The translations under genes and the position numbers were made by a program. The notes below the pieces were generated by a model. It saw only the letters and a list, made by a program, of their open reading frames with translations, searched no databases and was not told the DNA's origin. Shown here piece by piece: positions 61,063-64,000 of a DNA stretch of 64,000 nt. How positions within the stretch are numbered: the stretch's first letter is position 1; each line of letters begins with the position of its first letter. Origin of the DNA: an uncultured Gammaproteobacteria bacterium (GTDB taxonomy: Bacteria > Patescibacteriota > Microgenomatia > Levybacterales > UBA12049); assembly GCA_964537895.1 (NCBI GenBank), contig CAZIDK010000001.1, forward strand, positions 134,198 through 198,197. The letters are read 5' to 3'.

Positions 61063-61168
61063 AATTTTCAATTTCTAATTTCTATTGGATTTTCAAGCTT
61101 CCAATCTTTGATTGCATCATTTTCATATCAAAAATAAAATTTTAAATATAAAATACACATAGCAAAAA
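61063..61168. repeat. Heptamer and AT-rich array downstream of four-helix-bundle gene 1
   Basis: AATTTTC AATTTCT AATTTCT; TTAAATATAAAATA (61142-61155) is the reverse complement of 61560-61573. Confidence 0.6.
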
Positions 61169-61540
61169 TTAAATATTATTCCCTTTTCCTTTTAAAGTCG
61201 GGATACTTGAACCGAATATTTTGGAAATTTCATCAAGTTCTGCCAAAATTGAATTTGCTTCATCCTTTTCACCATTATCTGTATCCCGCAATATTGAAAC
61301 CCACACCTTGCTTTCATTTGCCGACTTTAAGCTATGGTGAAAATAGTTTGTGTAATCCTTCTTTGAACTTGCAGACTGCCCTTCTATATAGTTTCCCAAA
61401 ATACTCGTCCCGCTTCTTATTAATTGGTCTCCAATAATCTTTGTTGTTTGAGATTTTTTGCAATTCTCAACAAATTTAATAATCCTTAAGATAAGACCGT
61501 ATAAACGTTTTTTAAATTCTCTTTCCCTATCGTTTTTCAT
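61169..61540 (-). CDS. Four-helix-bundle protein (23S rRNA IVP/TIGR02436-like)
   Basis: QLIRSGTSI.GNY.EG....SKKD.......KSANES..W motif. Confidence 0.92.
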   Translation of the reverse strand: MKNDREREFKKRLYGLILRIIKFVENCKKSQTTKIIGDQLIRSGTSILGNYIEGQSASSKKDYTNYFHHSLKSANESKVWVSILRDTDNGEKDEANSILAELDEISKIFGSSIPTLKGKGNNI

Positions 61541-61584
61541 ATTTGATATGTATTTTTAATATTTTATATTTAATCTTTTAAATG

Positions 61585-62805
61585 CTAGCTAAACAGACTT
61601 CTCCTTAACTCTTCTCTTGTGTCAACGGAGAGCACTTCTATCGGCAGTATTATTTGTCCGGTTACGCTAAATTGAATAACATCAAACTTGTTTTCTCCCT
61701 TAGTGTCCTCAAATTCTATAGTGTAAGTACCGTTATTTAGCGGCGTTGCGGAGGCGAATTGTCCTAAAGGATTTGTTTTGAATGCTCGAACAGGGTTACT
61801 GTCGGCATCTTTTATTTCAACAAGAATATTTCCCAAGGGATTGCCTCGCGGGTCTTTTACAATGCCTGTAACCAGGTTTGGAAATTCGGGCGCAATTGGA
61901 AGGCCTATGCTTTTTCCTAAGCCTTGGGGAATGCTTCTTATATTTTGAGTTTCTTTTTTGGGCGCTTTGGCAATAGAGGCGGTATAAACGTTTTTGTTTT
62001 CGTTTGTAAGCTTTTTCTGAAGTTCTGCGATTTGTCCTTCAAGCACTTGTTTTTGCTTGGCAGTATCTGTTAGGAGATTTTCAAGTTCAAGTACCTTTAA
62101 GTGCGCCTGTTTATATTCTTCAGATCCCGACTGCGCTGATTCCTGCGTCTTTGCTTGCACCAACTGCTGCTGTAAAATTTGCGCCTCTTTTCGTAAAATT
62201 TCTTCCTCTTCGGAAGGCATTTCTGCTTCTTTTGCGACCGGAGCCGGTTGATTTGGCGGAGCTTGGTTAGCAAAAGCATGAGGCGTAGCGGGCTGGGGTA
62301 CTTGTAATTGCGGGGCAGGAGTGTTTGCCTGGAGACTAGCTAACGATTCGAAGAAAACCATTTCTTTTTGGTCAAGCTGGTTTTTTGATCTTTTGGGCAG
62401 TGAATTTAAATAGTCTTTTAATGCCTGTCCGGAAAGAGACGCAGTTTGGGCCGCCTGTTGGGCCCGCTGTTGTTTTTGAGATTGAGCAAGATGCGGTATA
62501 GGAAGCCAAAGGTGCCCCCCTGTCTTTTGATAAATAAACTGCGTCGGATAGAAGACGGCTTTAAAAAAATTAGAAATCATTAAATCCATAGGTCTCCCCT
62601 CAATGGGCAAAAAAGCAAAGCCGGCGCCTAAAAGAATTGATATTCCGGCAAGAGGAATCTTGACGATTGGAATTAAAGGAAGAACGAAAATAATCCAGCC
62701 TATTACCACCCCTGCCGCAAGATAGGCAAATTGTTTAATCGTCATGTCGCCAATCAGCTTAAACTGAAAACCGGTAATATCTTGAGGTATAGGGTGATTT
62801 TCCAT
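61585..62805 (-). CDS. PrgI-family protein with a coiled coil and C-terminal carboxypeptidase-regulatory-like domain
   Basis: HPIPQDI..FQFKLIGDMT.KQF, 2 TM helices, GRP.D; C-terminal G.VKD..GNPL....V. Confidence 0.85.
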   Translation of the reverse strand: MENHPIPQDITGFQFKLIGDMTIKQFAYLAAGVVIGWIIFVLPLIPIVKIPLAGISILLGAGFAFLPIEGRPMDLMISNFFKAVFYPTQFIYQKTGGHLWLPIPHLAQSQKQQRAQQAAQTASLSGQALKDYLNSLPKRSKNQLDQKEMVFFESLASLQANTPAPQLQVPQPATPHAFANQAPPNQPAPVAKEAEMPSEEEEILRKEAQILQQQLVQAKTQESAQSGSEEYKQAHLKVLELENLLTDTAKQKQVLEGQIAELQKKLTNENKNVYTASIAKAPKKETQNIRSIPQGLGKSIGLPIAPEFPNLVTGIVKDPRGNPLGNILVEIKDADSNPVRAFKTNPLGQFASATPLNNGTYTIEFEDTKGENKFDVIQFSVTGQIILPIEVLSVDTREELRRSLFS

Positions 62806-62808
62806 AGT

Positions 62809-63262
62809 TCAGTTACTAGACACTAGTTAGATTAGTTACTAGTTGCTAGTGTCCTCCTTTGTTAATTTTTTCATTTTTCCTATCATAACATTTAACATTT
62901 TAGAAACTTCCAACAAGAGATTCTCGCTTGGTTTAAATAATGTCTCTTTTGCCATAATTAATTCTTTTGAAATAATAAGCTGCGTTTCAAGCTCTAGGGC
63001 AGAGCCATAGGCAAAGGAATAAAACTGAACAGATGATCTAAAAGATCTTCGGCCGAATGCCTCTGCAATGTTTGATGGAATTGATACCGCCGCTCTTCTC
63101 ATTTGAGAAGTAATGCCAAAAACTTCTGATTTAGGAAAATTTTCGGTTAAAAGAAAGATTTCTTTTACTAATTTCATTCCTTTCTGCCAAACGATGAGTT
63201 CTTTATAAGATTTAATAATTGCCATGGGATTTCGTAACTAGTATCTAATAACTAGTAACTGA
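62809..63262. mobile_element. Four-helix-bundle gene bracketed by inverted heptamer arrays
   Basis: Outer 11-bp perfect IR TCAGTTACTAG (62809) / CTAGTAACTGA (63252); AGTTACT-type units on the left, AGTAACT-type on the right. Confidence 0.6.
62839..63225 (-). CDS. Four-helix-bundle protein (23S rRNA IVP/TIGR02436-like)
   Basis: SYKEL.VWQK......T..FP..E.FG.TSQMRRAAVSIPSNIAE...GS..ELETQL motif. Confidence 0.95.
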   Translation of the reverse strand: MAIIKSYKELIVWQKGMKLVKEIFLLTENFPKSEVFGITSQMRRAAVSIPSNIAEAFGRRSFRSSVQFYSFAYGSALELETQLIISKELIMAKETLFKPSENLLLEVSKMLNVMIGKMKKLTKEDTSN

Positions 63263-63388
63263 TTATACTAGCTTATAACGTGAAAAATTACGTTGCAAGA
63301 TTATCAAACTAGGTGCAAACCGCGTCAGACGCGGTCAAAGGAAAATATTAATTTCAGCCTGCCCCGTGAAAATTATCCTTCGGAGAAA

Positions 63389-63700
63389 TTATTTGCAGGT
63401 ATCAAATCCAAACGTAGTGATGCAGTCGGCCCCAGTTATTGTTCCTATTAACTTAATTATTGCAAAAGCCAAAAGAATAACGATTAGTCCCGCTACTGCA
63501 TAGGTTAAAGTTTTCCTTGCTCCCTCGACTTGTTTTGGGTCGCCGCCAGAGGTTAAGAATTTTATTCCTGCCAGTATGATGAAAAAAACAGCAACAATCC
63601 CGGCTAAACCGGCAGCCCAGTAAACAATATTACTAAAAACAGCAGGTAAGCAGCTAAGAGTTGCAACTCCATCTTGAACACAGCTTCCCCAGTCCTTCAT
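63389..63700 (-). CDS. TrbC/VirB2-like pilin, Cys-containing
   Basis: AG.VAVFFII.AG.KF.TSGGDPK.V..AR.TLTYA..GL motif. Confidence 0.85.
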   Translation of the reverse strand: MKDWGSCVQDGVATLSCLPAVFSNIVYWAAGLAGIVAVFFIILAGIKFLTSGGDPKQVEGARKTLTYAVAGLIVILLAFAIIKLIGTITGADCITTFGFDTCK

Positions 63701-63747
63701 ATAAAGCTAGCGTAGCAAATAGGAAAAGAAAAAGTCAAGGATAAGGG

Positions 63748-64000
63748 TTATTCGCAGGTGGGGTTAGTTAAGCTAGGAATACAGAAATTACCGGATAAGG
63801 GGCTGCCGACTCCCAGAAAAGTAAAGACAACATTTATAATAAAGAAAGCTGCAACTACAATTACTAAGCCGACTATCGCAGCGACAATGTGTTTTCTGGC
63901 GGCATCAACGTTTGCTTTGTCCCCGCCGGAAATTACCCATTTAATTCCTCCGTAGATAAGGAAAATCAAGGAAATTAAAATACCGACAACTAAAAGCAAC
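63748..64000 (-). CDS. TrbC/VirB2-like pilin (5' end outside the window)
   Basis: LIYGG.KW..SGGDK..V..AR..I.AAI.GL motif. Confidence 0.85.
   Translation of the reverse strand, partial: LLLVVGILISLIFLIYGGIKWVISGGDKANVDAARKHIVAAIVGLVIVVAAFFIINVVFTFLGVGSPLSGNFCIPSLTNPTCE

Noticed and set aside
61169-63225. Four-helix-bundle genes as Avd of a diversity-generating retroelement
   Set aside because: No reverse transcriptase and no TR/VR pair with adenine-specific mismatches is visible in the window; the 74-bp repeat copies are identical.

Overview
AT-rich, densely coding chromosomal segment read in the standard bacterial code. Its gene content and style suggest a Patescibacteria/CPR (Microgenomates-like) genome; this is an inference. 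It carries housekeeping genes (groES/groEL, lepA, murJ, rpsT, tpiA, pcrA, rpoD, dnaG, purA/purB, ruvCAB, rplY, valS, rnhA), the jag-yidC-yidD-rnpA-rpmH-dnaA-dnaN origin region with DnaA boxes, a PilN/PilO plus Pro/Thr-rich surface protein plus GT-C glycosyltransferase cluster, NiSOD (sodN-sodX), a small defence islet (HNH nuclease, Panacea antitoxin plus putative toxin), and a VirB4/PrgI/VirB2-pilin T4SS-like locus next to dnaN. The most striking non-annotated structures are: (1) a tRNA-Asn(GTT) split by a 184-nt group I intron between positions 35 and 36; (2) an identical 74-bp nested palindromic element inserted in frame in two unrelated genes (FemAB-family and valS), with related elements inside sodN and groEL and other palindromes inside comM and rpsT; (3) pervasive 7-nt-period repeat arrays, found as inverted pairs around two four-helix-bundle genes, as empty intergenic arrays, and as translated segments inside lepA, valS and ruvC; (4) a GIY-YIG gene flanked by inverted repeats, with a gene-less copy of the same repeat family upstream of valS; (5) many genes with a -10 hexamer exactly 6 nt before the start codon, implying leaderless mRNAs.
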